NCBI GenBank assembly: GCA_963693365.1
Contig: CAVNZM010000010.1
Coordinates: 1,488,001 to 1,552,000 of the forward strand
DNA: 64,000 bases
Direction: 5' to 3'
Origin: Amoebidium appalachense
Taxonomy: Eukaryota > Protista > Ichthyosporea
Below the pieces are notes generated by a model. It did no database searches. It saw nothing but the letters and a program-made list of their open reading frames with translations, and had not been told where the DNA came from. The translations under genes were made by a program, and so were the position numbers. Positions within the stretch are counted from its first letter, which is position 1, and each line of letters begins with the position of its first letter. Positions 1 through 32,684 of the stretch are shown one piece after another.

Positions 1-76
1 CAAATGCGCCGTCGTTCCCAGGAGTTCTGAAAAAAGTTTGACTATAACTGTTATAGGCAGCTTTATTGTGGCGATT

Positions 77-138
<62 letters not shown>

Positions 139-227
139 GTGTGTGTGTCTGGTGTGTGTGTGTGTATGTACATGGGTGCGTGTATGTGTATGTACTGTAC
201 ACTTGTGTGTGTGTGTGTGCACGCATA

Positions 228-271
<44 letters not shown>

Positions 272-350
272 TTTCTCTCCCTTCCTCCCCTGCCTGTCTC
301 TTCTTTGGATGCACACACCATATCCACTCGGCAACTCAGCATTCCATGTA

Positions 351-1050
351 CAGGGTCTTCGCGATATTATCACTACCTGAAACAGTCATCTCGGAGGGTG
401 ATTATATCGGGATGTGAAGTTATCGGGTTGTTCTAGGGGGACAGTATTCAATAGAGGGTTAGGGGGATCTGTTTGCGCAAACCGTGCACATGGGTTGCGT
501 ACGGCCCGCCCGGGCACTTGCCTACGCGCACACTTCGCTCCTGGCAGAGCAACAGAACAAGGGATGGAGGAGGACCGTGACAGTTTAGTTGAGGGTGGGG
601 TAGAGGGGGCTCTAGGGGTTTCACAGGGATATGCCCGTGGTTTATGCCCGTCTTGCGCCCTCTTACTAGCCTGCTGCAAACGCTTTTTCAGGGCCTTCTG
701 CTCCTCCTGGGCCCGCTTCGCGGCCTTTACCGCACCCACTACCACCCTTTTTCCGAACTCTACTCTATTCCGGGCTCAACGACAAAAATGCCCTACGTGT
801 CAAAGTGTGTGAGAAAAAGTTTGCTGACGGCTGCATGCCTGCACGTTTTCTGTTGTTGTTTTTTTTCGTCGGGCACGGGCCGCGCCAAAACCGCAAACCC
901 GGGTTTTGATTGGCTAAATCCGGATCGACCCGACAAATCGGGTTGGGTCAAAACCCGGCCCGAATCGACCCGATCGGGCCGGGTCGCCAGAAAATGTGAC
1001 AATATCGAGACGTGATTATATAGGGGTGTGAAGATATCGCGAAGACCCTG
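351..1050. mobile_element. Non-autonomous Tc1/mariner-like DNA transposon (MITE), 700 bp
   Basis: Perfect 17-bp terminal inverted repeats CAGGGTCTTCGCGATAT (351-367) and ATATCGCGAAGACCCTG (1034-1050), with TA on both flanks (349-350, 1051-1052). A subterminal motif near 398-425 recurs near 1012-1039. No transposase ORF. Confidence 0.75.
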
Positions 1051-1374
1051 TAGTCATTTTAATTTTCCGGCCAACGCAATAAAGAACAAGAGCACTGGCA
1101 CAAACCACAACAACCTATTTTGGAAACTTTATATGGCAATAATAAAAACATTGCAGTTCAGCACATGCTCCCCCTTCCCTCCAAAAAACCTCGCCCCCAC
1201 CCTCCCACAACACTTTCTTTAATAAATAATAAAGGGGTTCCATATCTGTAATATTGTTTATGGCAACTCGACACATATGTGTACATTAAAGAATAAACGA
1301 CAGTGGGACTAGCAGACGAACACGAAGGGCTGCCCCCCCCCCCCAAAAAAAAAAAAAAAAAAAAAAAACCAGCC

Positions 1375-1422
1375 TCAGCTGTCCCAGTCCTGGGAGCCAA
1401 TGGAATCCGACTTTTGCAAATC
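1375..1422 (-). CDS. Duplicate terminal exon of WASH1 (DLQKSDSIGSQDWDS*), possible alternative last exon
   Basis: A ~105-bp direct repeat (about 1370-1473 vs 1916-2018) keeps the putative branch site (GCTGAT), CAG acceptor, reading frame, conserved Trp and TGA stop. Confidence 0.55.
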   Translation of the reverse strand, partial: DLQKSDSIGSQDWDS

Positions 1423-1880
1423 CTGCTCCCCACCAACGCCAAAATCAGCAACGTGCCTACAGACATGATTAGTTTTTTTTTTTTTTTTTTTTGCGTGTGT
1501 GTGTGTGTAATATGAGCTCTGCTATCCCGTTGAACACCGTTACGGTTACCGTTGCAAATGCACGGTCATCACAGACATCACTTCGCCGTTTTGGTGATCA
1601 TCGTTCCGGGATGGCAATGGGCGAGCCCCTGAGCCGGGGCGGCCGAGGCTCAGTCACCCGGACAAAAAACAAACATACGTGTCCACGTCGCAACTAGCCT
1701 ACCTTCATGTGCATATAATTAGTCGGAAACAATGCCTCCTATATATATATATATCCTATATATATGCTAGTATAATATAGGAACTTGGTTGGGAATAAAC
1801 AGGAATAAACATGCAACATTCAACATTGTCACATTTTTTCGATCTGATTAGTTAATTCTCCCGCCAAAAATTAACGGCGC

Positions 1881-1916
<36 letters not shown>

Positions 1917-1920
1917 AGCC

Positions 1921-15191
<13,271 letters not shown>

Positions 15192-15600
15192 TCAATGGAG
15201 CTAAAGCTATACAGACTACACATTTTTCAGTCGGCGAGTCTACCTTTCCTCCTTACCTCGGAGTTCCTCCCTCCGTTTGACTTCTGTCCCAGTCGTCGAC
15301 GTCTGTGTGAAATTTTCGTTGATCGTATCAGTCAAGGTCGAACCGTTTGGCGAACTGGCGCGTGGCGATCTAGTCGCTCGACAAAGCAATTGGTAAGAAT
15401 TTACCGCCTTACGTAAGAGGCGTCTGATGATTGGTTTACACAGCATCTTGTTGTTCGATCGGTGCCGAACGAGAAAAAGGCTGGCAGAAAATAACAGGCC
15501 GGTTTACTTTAACTTTAGTTATCGCCTACACGCTGCTAATAATACTAGAATATAAAGAACTACAGGGAGTGCATATATCCTGCCCTATACCCTTCTGAAG
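15192..15600. promoter_or_regulatory. Putative bidirectional promoter between WASH1 and the AKR gene
   Basis: ~410 bp between divergent ATGs. It holds two ATTGG (CCAAT) boxes flanking the palindrome CTTACGTAAG (15408-15417), all conserved in the duplicated copy near 18785-18880. Confidence 0.5.
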
Positions 15601-17961
<2,361 letters not shown>

Positions 17962-18478
17962 ATCGGCTTAAACCTGTTCAGGTAACGGAAACGAGAGATT
18001 TTGGAATTGAAAAAAACATGGAATTTCGGAACACTGGGAGCGAGAGAGGGAGAGAGAGCGAGAGAGAGAAACAGAGATAGAAGAGAGAGAGATAGGGCCG
18101 GGGGGAGGGGCGGAGAGAGAGAGAGTGTGTGTGTGTGTGTGTGCGTGTGTGTGAGTGAGACAGAGACAAAGAAAGAGAGGGAGAGAGGGGGGGGGGGGGG
18201 GGGGGGAGAGACAGAGAGAAGAGACCCACAGACACACATACATGCAAGAAGTTTGGTGGGACCTGCTGTATGCGGCGAGAGTAGTAGGGAAATCTGCAGG
18301 TCCAAGCAGATCCATTGGTTCTTTCCGTGAGCATACACAGTTATGTAACTATACTCGCGGAATTAAAAAATTGAGCACCTCCTTTTTTATATTTATTCCG
18401 CACATGGCGACACGGCAATCAGATAGAAGGGCAGAAAGGGAGGCCCTGGCTAGACCTGGGGAGGGGGGAAGGAGTGGA

Positions 18479-18526
<48 letters not shown>

Positions 18527-19643
18527 GAAGGGGGGGGGGGGGGGGGGGGGGAGAGAGACAACATGGCACCTCGTATGATTCTGCAGGCACCGGCATGTTT
18601 ATTTTTATCCGTAAGTGAACGCCGTTGATGTATATATACTATATAGTCTTGTGTTTAGCGTGAATAACTAAAACTGTAACGGAAAGAACCGAGCTCTCTG
18701 TACATGTGAGAACACTCTCTCAAGGCCAGCGCCCGGGGAGCTCTCAGTCGAACATTTCCGTTCGTGGCCAAACTGAAACCAAAAACTGGCGTATGGCGAT
18801 CTGGTCTGTCCGCGATGCGATTGGTTACATTTATCGCCTTACGTAAGTGGCGTGCTATGATTGGCTGACACAGCACCACGTGGTTCCAATCAGCCCCGAT
18901 CACGAACCCCAGAAATTTCCATTTTAGACACCAAACTGCTTTTCGATTGCTTTATGGCCGGTCTGATGATGAGAGGCAGCACCCGGCTGCCGTCCCCGCA
19001 GGCCCCCACTGGGCCGCAAATAAATCACATGTACTGACTCCCGGCCCTGGGGCCATACACACGAGATCAATACAGATAAGGCCCTCGGGCCCGAAAACAG
19101 AAATCATCCCCCCCCCCCCCCCCCCCCCCCCCCCCAAAACCAAGCACTACTACCCTCAACCTAGCACTTACAGCCCTGATCCATGAAGCTGAGAACAGCA
19201 AGCAAACGGCAAGGAAACAGAATGCGGGCGGGTGGGTGGGTCCTAAGAGAAGCGGCGAGGAAAAGACTGTTTGAGAGAAGAGAAAAACACGACTTTTATA
19301 GTCGCTTCTACAGGAAGAGATGTGTGATGCCGATCATCACACCATCTTCTTCCGATTGGTTGATAAAATGAGTATTTACCAAATAATTACAAAATAAAAT
19401 AAAATATTTACCAATTAACGATATTCTGACGTAGTTATGACGCCACAAAGTGGCTCACTGTACCTCGAGCCCCCGGGTATAAAAACTCTTTGGAAGATAC
19501 ATTTATGTTACAAATATTACCGTATGATACAACGCTATTTAAGCTATTACAAACATACACGTTATAGCTATTATTTCTAGGACATATAGCCTGCCAAAGG
19601 GAGTATACGTATAAATTTTCTTTTTGGGTTAAAATCTTCGCAA

Positions 19644-23323
<3,680 letters not shown>

Positions 23324-24547
23324 CTAGGGGCCTGATTGAGCTGAAGCATAGTATGTAGGGAAACCGGAGATTTGGAATAAAATTTGAAGATTATTGAATT
23401 CCGATATTGTAGGTCCTGATGATGTTTTTGTTTGGATACATAGGGGCGAGCGTAGGGTTATGAGAAGATGCAAGATTTTTTTTGCTTCAGAAATGTATGA
23501 TTTTGGAAGGTACCTTCTTTTTTAGCCTCAGAGAAAGGTGACATGTTTAAAAAAATTGTTTATGTAGAGTAGATCAAGTGTGAGTGGGTGGCATGGCAGT
23601 TTATTGAAATTTCTGTTAAACCTTCTATGTAGCATTTTTACTCATAGACATGTTTAATCATTGAGCGATCGGGAGCAGAAAAGATGACATGCCAACAACC
23701 CCCCCCCCCCCCCCCCCCCGTTTTTATATTTTTTATTTTTTTTTTAAAAAACCTATAAGTCAGTTAACGTTTAAAAATGCTAGCGCTGAAGTTGTAATAA
23801 GCTTTAGGTGGCGAACACTCCCTTTTTTTGTTAGTCACAGCGTTCCTGGTCGAGTTGTTAGAAAATTGTATGCTAAAGTTGAGGGTGGAAAACTGAAAGA
23901 GTTGTGAAACGTTGTAACCTAGAAACGCAGAAGGCTGAGCTTGAAAAAGTTGTTAAAAGTAATAGTATTTTCAAGTTTGAAGGTTCTAAGTAAGCTGAAA
24001 AGGTTGTAAGAATTGAGGGAGTAGAAGCTGAAGAATTATGTTGTAAAATTTGTTGTAGGCAAGGATCTGAAGAAGTTGTAAACGTACACGTTGTACATGG
24101 TTGTCTATGATCATGAAGTTCAAAACCTTTTTGCACTTCGGTGTTTTTTTTCTTCCAAGAAATAAATGTTATGGACACTGTCCCCTGCCGGATTATATGC
24201 ATGAATATTCCATATATTTCACCGAGTCATCAAAACTATCTCATATATATTCATAAACGCTATATAGTCGCTGAGCCCCAGCCATCGATCGACCGGTATT
24301 TGGTTGGGCGGGTAAGTTGGGGTATGCTGCAAGTGTTGTGTGTGTGTGTGTGTGCGCGCGCGCGCGTGCGTGTGCCTGTGCATGTGCCTGTGCGTGTGCG
24401 TGTGCGTGTGCGTGTGCGACGGTGTGTGCGCGCGCGCGTGTGTGTGTGTGTATGCACGCGCATGCACGCGTGATGGATTTGGGGAAGAGGGGTGGGTAGG
24501 TAGTGGTGGTGGTGGTGTTTTTCTTTTCTTGTTTTTTTTTCGAGTTC

Positions 24548-24626
<79 letters not shown>

Positions 24627-25192
24627 CGTGTGTGGTAGGTGGGTGGGTGCGCATGGGTGCACATGGGAGGGTGTGTGTTTGTGTGTGTGTGGTGGGTGGG
24701 TGGGTGGGTGCACATGGGAAGGTGTGTGCGTGTGTGTGTGTGTGGTCGGTGGGTGGGTGGGGGTGAGGGGGGGGGGGGGGGGGGGAGGGGGGGGGGGGGG
24801 AAGACACCATTGAGCAATTCATTCAGTGTAATTCGATTTGGCACCGTTTATAAATTCAATAGTACAGTGGCAATGTTAAGTTGCAACCACTCGTCAGCTG
24901 CTACATAGAAGAGCCTACAGAACTACCCTTAATTCCACACCGGTTTCCGGAGCTAGACGGTGGGGGGGGGAAAGAGAGAGAGAGAGAGAAAAAAAAAAGG
25001 AAAAAAAGGAAACAAAAGGAGAGGAAGAGAAAAGCATTCCGAGAGCTGCAATCACTCAATCACTCACTTGCAGATCAAAGATTCATTTACATAAAGGTGA
25101 TATTCAACATATGCATTCCCTTAAGGGGAGAAAAAGAAATCCAGGCTCGAAGCTGCTAAGTCATCGTAACCCCCCATCCCCCCCCCCCCCCC

Positions 25193-25235
<43 letters not shown>

Positions 25236-25370
25236 ACCCCAAAAAAAAAGGAGAGACAAAAAGGCAAACCTACTCTAAATATCTACATTTACCTCCCCCC
25301 CCCCCCCCCCCCCCCCCCACCCACCCACCCACACACATCACGTGTCCCCATATCATCACCTAATCACTAA

Positions 25371-26446
25371 TCAGGGCTTCTCGACCCTTCCGTCATGCCT
25401 CGCAAACCTCCCCTCCGTCCTCGGGTGTACCGGCTCATCGCTAGGCCACGGCCAACCCCCAAACTGTGTCTGTTGGTATTCCACAAATGTTTGCCTCAGC
25501 TCATCCTGTGTCGTCATCACAAACGGGCCCCTTTGCGCAACCGGCTCCCCAATCGGCCTACCCTGAAGCATCAAGATCTCAATCTCATCCGATCCGCCAT
25601 TGACCAACGTCGCCGCGAGATCCGATTGCATCTGCGCGCGGTGGTACTCAGGTATTTCCTTATCCCCAATTCTCAAACCTTCTCCCTTGAAAAAGTACAA
25701 CATACGATTTATCCCCGCCGGCGCGGTGGGTAATTCCCATTTCGCTCCCGATGCCATCTTGATCGCCCAAACAGCGACGTGATTCTCCGGATCGGACGCC
25801 CACGATTTTGGTGGTGGCGACGGGGGTGTCACGTCCCCTAATTTTCCTGCGATCAGCGTAATCTGCGTCTCTTTTCCTTCCGAATCGCGCGACGTCACGC
25901 GGGGCACCTGGTGGTCCCACATCATCGAAAAGTGCGGGTCGACGAGCTTGTTCTTCCGCGGAAGATTTAACCAAATTTGGAAAAGTTCCAGCCTATTCTT
26001 TTCTGTTTTGTTCAAAAGCGGAAACATCTCCGAGTGCAGAATTCCCTTTCCGGCCGTCAACCATTGCACGTCGCCGCCACCGAATCTCGCCGCTGCTTTC
26101 AGCGAATCAGAATGGTCGCATAAACCGTGCCTGACAACCGTAATCGTCTCGAACCCCCTGTGGGGGTGTTGGGGGAAACCCGGGACTTTCTCCCCGTGAT
26201 ACATTCTCCACCCGTCTTTTCCCTCGAAATCCATCCCAATGTGTCTCCCTGCAAGTGATGCGTCCGGGCCCATGACGTCATTACCACGGGGGTAATTGTC
26301 ATCGTGGTGGACGCAGAAGAGGAAGGGGTCGGGTGTCTCCCAAGGCATGCGCATGGGCTTGACGCCGCGGACGGCGGCGGCACCTGATACGGCTGTTTTG
26401 TGTGTGTACGTGTGTGTATTGTGTGATGTGTGATGTGTGATGAGTG

Positions 26447-26478
<32 letters not shown>

Positions 26479-27847
26479 TGGTGGTGGTGGGAGGGGAACA
26501 GCGAGGGAGAAAGAGGGGGGGGGTTTGAATGCGTCAAAAAGTACGAAGTACACAAGAACAAACGGATAACACGATGCAGAATGCAAGCGATACATAAAGA
26601 GTATGCATAATAAGCAGAGCCCATCCTCGGGGGGGGGGGGCACGTCATCCACAGTACCCGAGTTTCGACCTATTCACCGGGGGGGGGGGGGGGGGGGGGG
26701 GGAGCGAGAGAGCGGGCGAGGGGGGGGGGGGGGGGTTTGCAAAAGGGGTGGAGCGGGGGGAGGGGGGGAGGGTAGGAGAAAAGGGATTGGTAGTGGTAGA
26801 GGTGGTGGTGGAGGGGGGGCAGCAAAGGAGGAAGAGGGGTGTCTGGCGATAGTGTTTGTTTTGGTATGTGGGATGGAGCAGGGGGAAACAAGCAGCCTAA
26901 TGTGTGTGTATGAATGTGTGCATGTTTGGTATGTATGGTTGTGTCCGGGTGGACGGAGTAGGTGTAGGGAGGGACTCGTGGGTGTGGGTGTGGAGGGGAA
27001 CGAGAGGGGGAAGGAGGGGGTGGGGTTAGAATTCTAAAACTACAAGAGTATAAAGCCGGCTGATGCAGGTCACATTTTCTCTACGGAGAGCGGCCATATA
27101 CTAGAAGCAAGCCAATGTGCAGCTATAATGTTTCCCAATAGGGGAGGATCTACCTTCCTCGCTCTCCCTCCACTCCTCTCCTCCTTCGCCTCCACAAGTT
27201 AACACAACACACATGCACACACATACACACGTATGCGATCGCGCGCGCCCGCGCGCACACACACACCCGCGCGCTCGCATACTGGCCGCTTCCTACCGTT
27301 TGTTCCTTTGCCTTGGCTACTTTTCTTCCCTTCACCCACTCACTTCGTACCTGATCCCCTTTCGTTCCTACTTCTAACCCCCTTCCCCCCCCTCCCCCTC
27401 TTCCCCCCACAAGCACACACTATATCTTGCCAACATCGTAAACACCTTGTTTGCGTCTTGCATGACATGTGCGCCAAACCCATAGCACGATGTAATACAA
27501 AACAAGACAAGGCATACACTACTCCAACAAAGATCCGGACGGATTTATGCCAATGGGTTTTGCAAGATAAAGACAAAAAGAAAAAGAGTGTGTGCAAATA
27601 CCTTTGCATTGCGGTGGGCGGGGTGTGAAAATATGTGGTGGGGCAGAGGCAGACGGTGGGGTTGCAGAGACTAAGACTACAGCCGTGAGGAGAGAGAGAA
27701 GCACAAACCCTGGCCCCAACAAAACCCAAACATGAATAAACACCCATGCCTGGTTCCGTCTAAAACGAGCGAGCGAAGAATCAATGATGGGAGAAATCGT
27801 AGCACCTCTCAAAACGTCACCCCCACTCTCCCAGCCCCCCCCCCCAG

Positions 27848-27879
<32 letters not shown>

Positions 27880-28618
27880 AAACAGACAAGGACACAAACA
27901 GCATCACCAGATACCCCCACACGTTAACGATTGCTTTTCTGTCTGCTTTACCATCCAGCCCAAATCCACTTTTAAAAGTTCCCTCCTGACTCACCGCTCC
28001 AACACAAACACAGAGGTAGACACGCTCGAACAACTAAACGAACAGTTGTCACCTCTTCGTGCCCACAGAGATGCAAAAGAAAAAGCTGAGATGTATGCTT
28101 TTGCCTAACAGCAAGGACTACAGGAAATCACAAACACCAAACCTGGAGACGTTTTTTTCACAACTCAAGTGTAGAAAATAAAAATCAATTTCAGTCAGAT
28201 TACACCACGCTAAATAACACACCATGCGCTCCGAACGCAACGCAGTTTCCTCAGTCGAGCTATGTAAAAGTCAAATGTTACCCGGTACACTTTCGCCCTC
28301 GAAAAACTAGCTTCCTCTGTTTCTTCCCCTGCCCCCCACCCTCCTCCGGCTTGCCCCTTCCTCCTCTCAGGCGAACTTCGCGTTTCTCCCGTTTTTTCTT
28401 CGCACAAATATAAGGCAGACAGGTACTAATACGAGGGGAGGAGAGATGAAGGCTAAGAAGCGGAAAAGGGGAGAAAAGAGGAGAGGGTGGGACAGAGCGT
28501 TGGGGAATGGCTGGCGAAAGCAAAAAAAAAAACGCATGGGGTGCCCACCTGTCATTTTGGTGCTGGAAGTGATACCACGCTTGGCTACGATTAGGGGGGG
28601 CTTGATGTTCCTGAGCAT
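25371..28618 (-). CDS. Pirin-family bicupin protein, ~360-363 aa; exons 28618-28549 and 26392 (or 26383)-25371
   Basis: Pirin motifs DPFLFCVHH, GFPQHPHRGFETIT, DHSDS, DVQWLTAGKGILHSEMF, FQIWLNLP, GRPIGEPVAQRGPFVM. Exon 1 (MLRNIKPPLIVAKRGITSSTKMT) joins in phase 1 through a GT-AG intron and is less certain than exon 2. Confidence 0.9.
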
Positions 28619-28799
28619 GTGGAGTGGTGGCAAAAACACCGATAATTCAGTGACAATTGCGGGTGATTTGGGTAAAGCAATCGGGTAAATTCTTACAGGA
28701 GAGTCGTGTTTATGAAAAATGGTTCATGTATGCGGTGTGATACCCTGGGAAAGTGTGCACTCAGGTGGTCTTACGAAACCTAATACTTTCGCAGGGGAT

Positions 28800-28861
28800 G
28801 AATTTGTGACGAAGCTAGCGCTGTTTCTCGAATTTGTGACGAAGCTAGCGCTGTTTCTCGA
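28800..28861. repeat. Perfect 30-bp tandem duplication
   Basis: GAATTTGTGACGAAGCTAGCGCTGTTTCTC x2, lying between the pirin start and the THAP fragment. Confidence 0.9.
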
Positions 28862-29166
28862 TTCCTCACTCGGCCCTGACTGCCTGAGTGACTTGTACAT
28901 GTTGAAACCCGGCCGGGGCTGGGTCCACGCACAGCCCTCTGAAAACACGGCCTGGGCGCGTGACGTCACAAAATCACATTCCATTTGGCTCGTGGCCCTG
29001 GTCATTCATAACGTATACGAACCTTTTCAGTATACTTTGTGTAGTTCTTTCTGTGTCTGATTTTGTTTCCAGTTTGCATACATACGTTACTCACCATGGC
29101 GGACGGGGGGAAAACCCGCCCGAGCGTGGAGCGAATACCGAAGAAACTAATACGAAAAACAGTCTA

Positions 29167-29545
29167 GGGAAAACTTGCAGCATTCCCGGCTGCAGGGGCA
29201 ACTATGATGCTGAGAACAAGGTCTCTGTGTACCGTTTCCCAAACCCCAACGATGAGCGAGTGAAGATAGAGGCATTACGTGAAGCAAAACAACAACTGCT
29301 CCAAGCGTGGAAAAAGGCGATACCACGGGAGTGGCCAAGCGATTATAACTTCCACGGTGCTGCGCGCGTGTGTGAGCAACACTTTCCCCCTCACGATTTT
29401 GTGATACGGTCGGACGGTGTTCGCGTTCGAAATCCTGATGCCGTTCCAAGTGTTTTCCCCAATTGCCCCAGCTATCTGAGCACACAGTCGGCACCCTCAC
29501 GCACCAACCCAGATGAGAGGGCCCTGAAAATGGCGAAAGCTCGAA
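29167..29545 (+). mobile_element. THAP zinc-finger (C2CH) coding fragment, P-element/THAP9-type transposase N-terminus; probably a remnant
   Basis: GKTCSIPGC...YRFP...W..AIPR...RVCEQHF...DAVPSVFPNCPSYLS matches the THAP signature, including the AVPTIF-like box. No in-frame ATG next to the domain (CTA sits at the expected position), and the frame runs into a microsatellite. Confidence 0.8.
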
Positions 29546-29865
29546 ACTCTCTCTCTCTCTTTCTCTCCCCCCCCCCCCCCCCCCTCCCTCCCCTGCCTCA
29601 TCCCAACCCCTTGTGGATCTTGCTCTCTCATGTCCTTGCAACCTTTGTTAACGTGAGTGTATGCTTAGGTGGGCGGGCGGATGGTGGTGGTAGTTGTGTG
29701 TCTACGTTTTTTTCTTTTTCTTTCTTTCTTTCTTTTTTTTTTTTTGGGGGGGGGGGGGGGGGGAGGGGGAGGGGGGGGGGGGGGGGGGGGGGGGGAGGGG
29801 GGGGGGGAAGGGGGTAGAAGACTTGGGGATGCAAGGGGAGAGCATGAACGGGCGTCGGGCTGAAG

Positions 29866-29911
<46 letters not shown>

Positions 29912-30352
29912 AAAGAAAGAAAGAAAAGAAAAGAAAAAAAAAAGAAGGAGAAGGTTAACCCTGTCCCCCTTCCCAAACACACAACAGCACGCACACACGC
30001 TCTTAAAATATCTCTTTCCCCCCCCCCCCCCCCCCCCCCCCAAAGGCGTGCCGCATTCTGATTGGCCCGAGATCGCGTGAATCTGCAGCTGTCAGGTGAG
30101 CCACAGGCCATTGGCTGGTCCTGTATGTCCTGGTCTCTCTCTCCCTCTCCCTCTCTCTCTCTCCCTCTCTCTCTCTCTCTCCCCCTTTCCCTCTCTCTCC
30201 CCCTCTTTCTCTCTCTCTCTCTCTCCCTCCCTCCCTCCCTCCCCCCTCCCTCCCTCCCTCCCTCCCTCCCTCCCTCCCTCCCTCTCTCTCCCCACCCCCC
30301 CTCTCTCTCTCCCTCCCCCCTCCCTCCCTCCCTCCCAGGTTCTGTATGTCCT

Positions 30353-30412
<60 letters not shown>

Positions 30413-30756
30413 CCCCCTCTTTCTCTCTCTCTCTCTCCTTCCCTCCCTCCCTCCCTCCCTCTCTCCCCCCCCCCCCCCCCCCTCTCTCTCTCTCTCCCCC
30501 CTCTCTCGCTCCCCCTCTTTCTCTCTCTCCCCCCCTCCCTCCCTCTCCCCCCCTCCCCCCCCCCTCTCTCTCCCTCCCTCCCTCCCTCCCTCCCTGCCCT
30601 CCCTCCCTCCCTCCAGTCCCCCCCCCCCTATCTCTCTCTCTCCCCCTCTCTCTCTCCCCCTCCCTCCCTCCCTCCCTCCCTCCCTCTCCCCCCTTCCCCC
30701 CCCCCCCCTCTCTCTCTCCCTCCCTCCCTCCCTCCCTCCAGTCCTCCCCCCCCCAC

Positions 30757-30799
<43 letters not shown>

Positions 30800-31036
30800 G
30801 TGCCTCTGTATGCATGTGTGCGTATTAAAGACAAGATTGTGTTGCTGGTACAGAGCGGATATGAACGACCTGATACACAATGCAGACCCTTTCTGTGTGT
30901 GGGTGCGTGTGCGGGTGGGTGGGTGTTTTTTTTTTCTTTTTCGTTGTTGGTGTTGGGTGGGGGGGGGGGGGGGGGGAGGGGGGGGGGGGGATTTCTGGCG
31001 GACCCGTGGTATACCTCACAAAAGAATCACAGATAA

Positions 31037-32098
31037 AACCAGCCAATATTAGAACCATCAAACTGATATGCAAAATGCGAGGGCGAAAAGAAACCCAGTT
31101 ACAGGTTGTGAGGGAAGGTGTGTGTGCATGTGTGGAAGCGTGGGTGGGGGGGGGGTTTGTGTGGGTGTGAAAGGGATTGGGGGGGGGGGGGGGGGTTACC
31201 TGCGTGAGAGAAGTGAGGGTCCCTTTCAGCAATGATGAGTGGACGCCACGTGCACAGGCAGCCTTAAAAACAGGATACCTTTCAGTCACCACTTGGCCTG
31301 CAAAATGAATTCTTGATTACAATAAGTCCGGGGGTTATCCATTTTGCCAAGGGGATTTTGCGTGAGTGAACCGGGAGGTGGGGAGCGAGGTATGGGTGGC
31401 GGTGGACGAGGTTAATGGAAGTACAAACGGGGAAAGGGGGGGGGAGGGGGGGAGGGGGGGAGGGGGGGACGGGTCCAGAGGCGGGGGGGAGAGGGTGTGT
31501 GTGTGTGTGTGGGTGTGTGGGTGGCTGGGTGGGGGGGGGGGGGGGGGGGGGGGGGCTCACATGTGACTGTGTGTGTGTGACAGGGTGTGTCTGTGTGTGT
31601 GTTTTGTGCACGTGCGTGTGCGGGAGAGCGGACAAGAGACAGGGGGGTGGGGGGGAGAGAGTGAGAGTAAGGGATTAGATTCATTGTATTGAATGGTATG
31701 ATGAGAGATGTCTTTGTGATGGTGCAATCTTTCAATGCAGCGACTGCCGAAAGAACAGTGCCAATCCGGGGGCCCCCCTCCCCTCCCCCCCCCCCCCCCC
31801 TCCCCCCCCCCAACCTTCAGCGTTTCCTTCCCCAGGCACCCCTAAGATACGCCAGCTCAACCAATCAAATCGTCACAATTCATTCAGGTGTCTTAAATGT
31901 CGTAACAGTTAATTAACTTGGAAAAAAGTTTAGGAAACACACATTGGAAAAGAGATGTTTGGTTAAGCACGGGGGCGGGTACCGTGGGGGATGGGGGGTG
32001 CGGGTAGGGGGGGTGAAATGGCTGAGTGAAAAAATCATGATGAAAAGTACTTTGCAGAAGCGATGAAGGGCAGAGTGGTCCCCGTATGTCGTGTGGGC

Positions 32099-32153
<55 letters not shown>

Positions 32154-32318
32154 CGTGTGATCGATGTGTGTGCGTGTGTTCGTGTGTGCGTGCGTGCGTG
32201 CTTGCGTGCGTGCGTGTGTGCGTGCGTGCATGTGTGTGTGTGTGTGTGTGTGTGTGTTGGTGGGTGGAAAGGGGGGGGGTGGGGGGTGGGGGGAGATGAG
32301 ATAGGGGAGGAGGAGGGG

Positions 32319-32362
<44 letters not shown>

Positions 32363-32638
32363 CAAGCAAACAGCAAAAGGAGCCGTTGCAGAGTTTTATT
32401 GACAGAAAAGAAAAGGCGAAAGGATGCAGAAAGGGAGGAGAAGAGAGAGTCGGGCGTAAAAAGGAGGCATGGGGGGGGGGGGGGGGGGGGGGGGGGGAGG
32501 ATGGGGGGAGGGAATGAGGAGAAAAAAAAAAAGCCAAAGTATTTGCATGAGGAGGACACATGTCGATTGCAGAGACAGGAAGGTGGCCAGAAATTATTGA
32601 GAACAAAGGCGGGGGAAAGCAGCAGCAGTGTGGAAGGT

Positions 32639-32684
<46 letters not shown>

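Noticed and set aside
27920-27990. Possible extra pirin exon (EGTFKSGFGLDGKADRKAIVN)
   Set aside because: Its phase is incompatible with the flanking phase-1 junction, and the two-exon model is complete without it.
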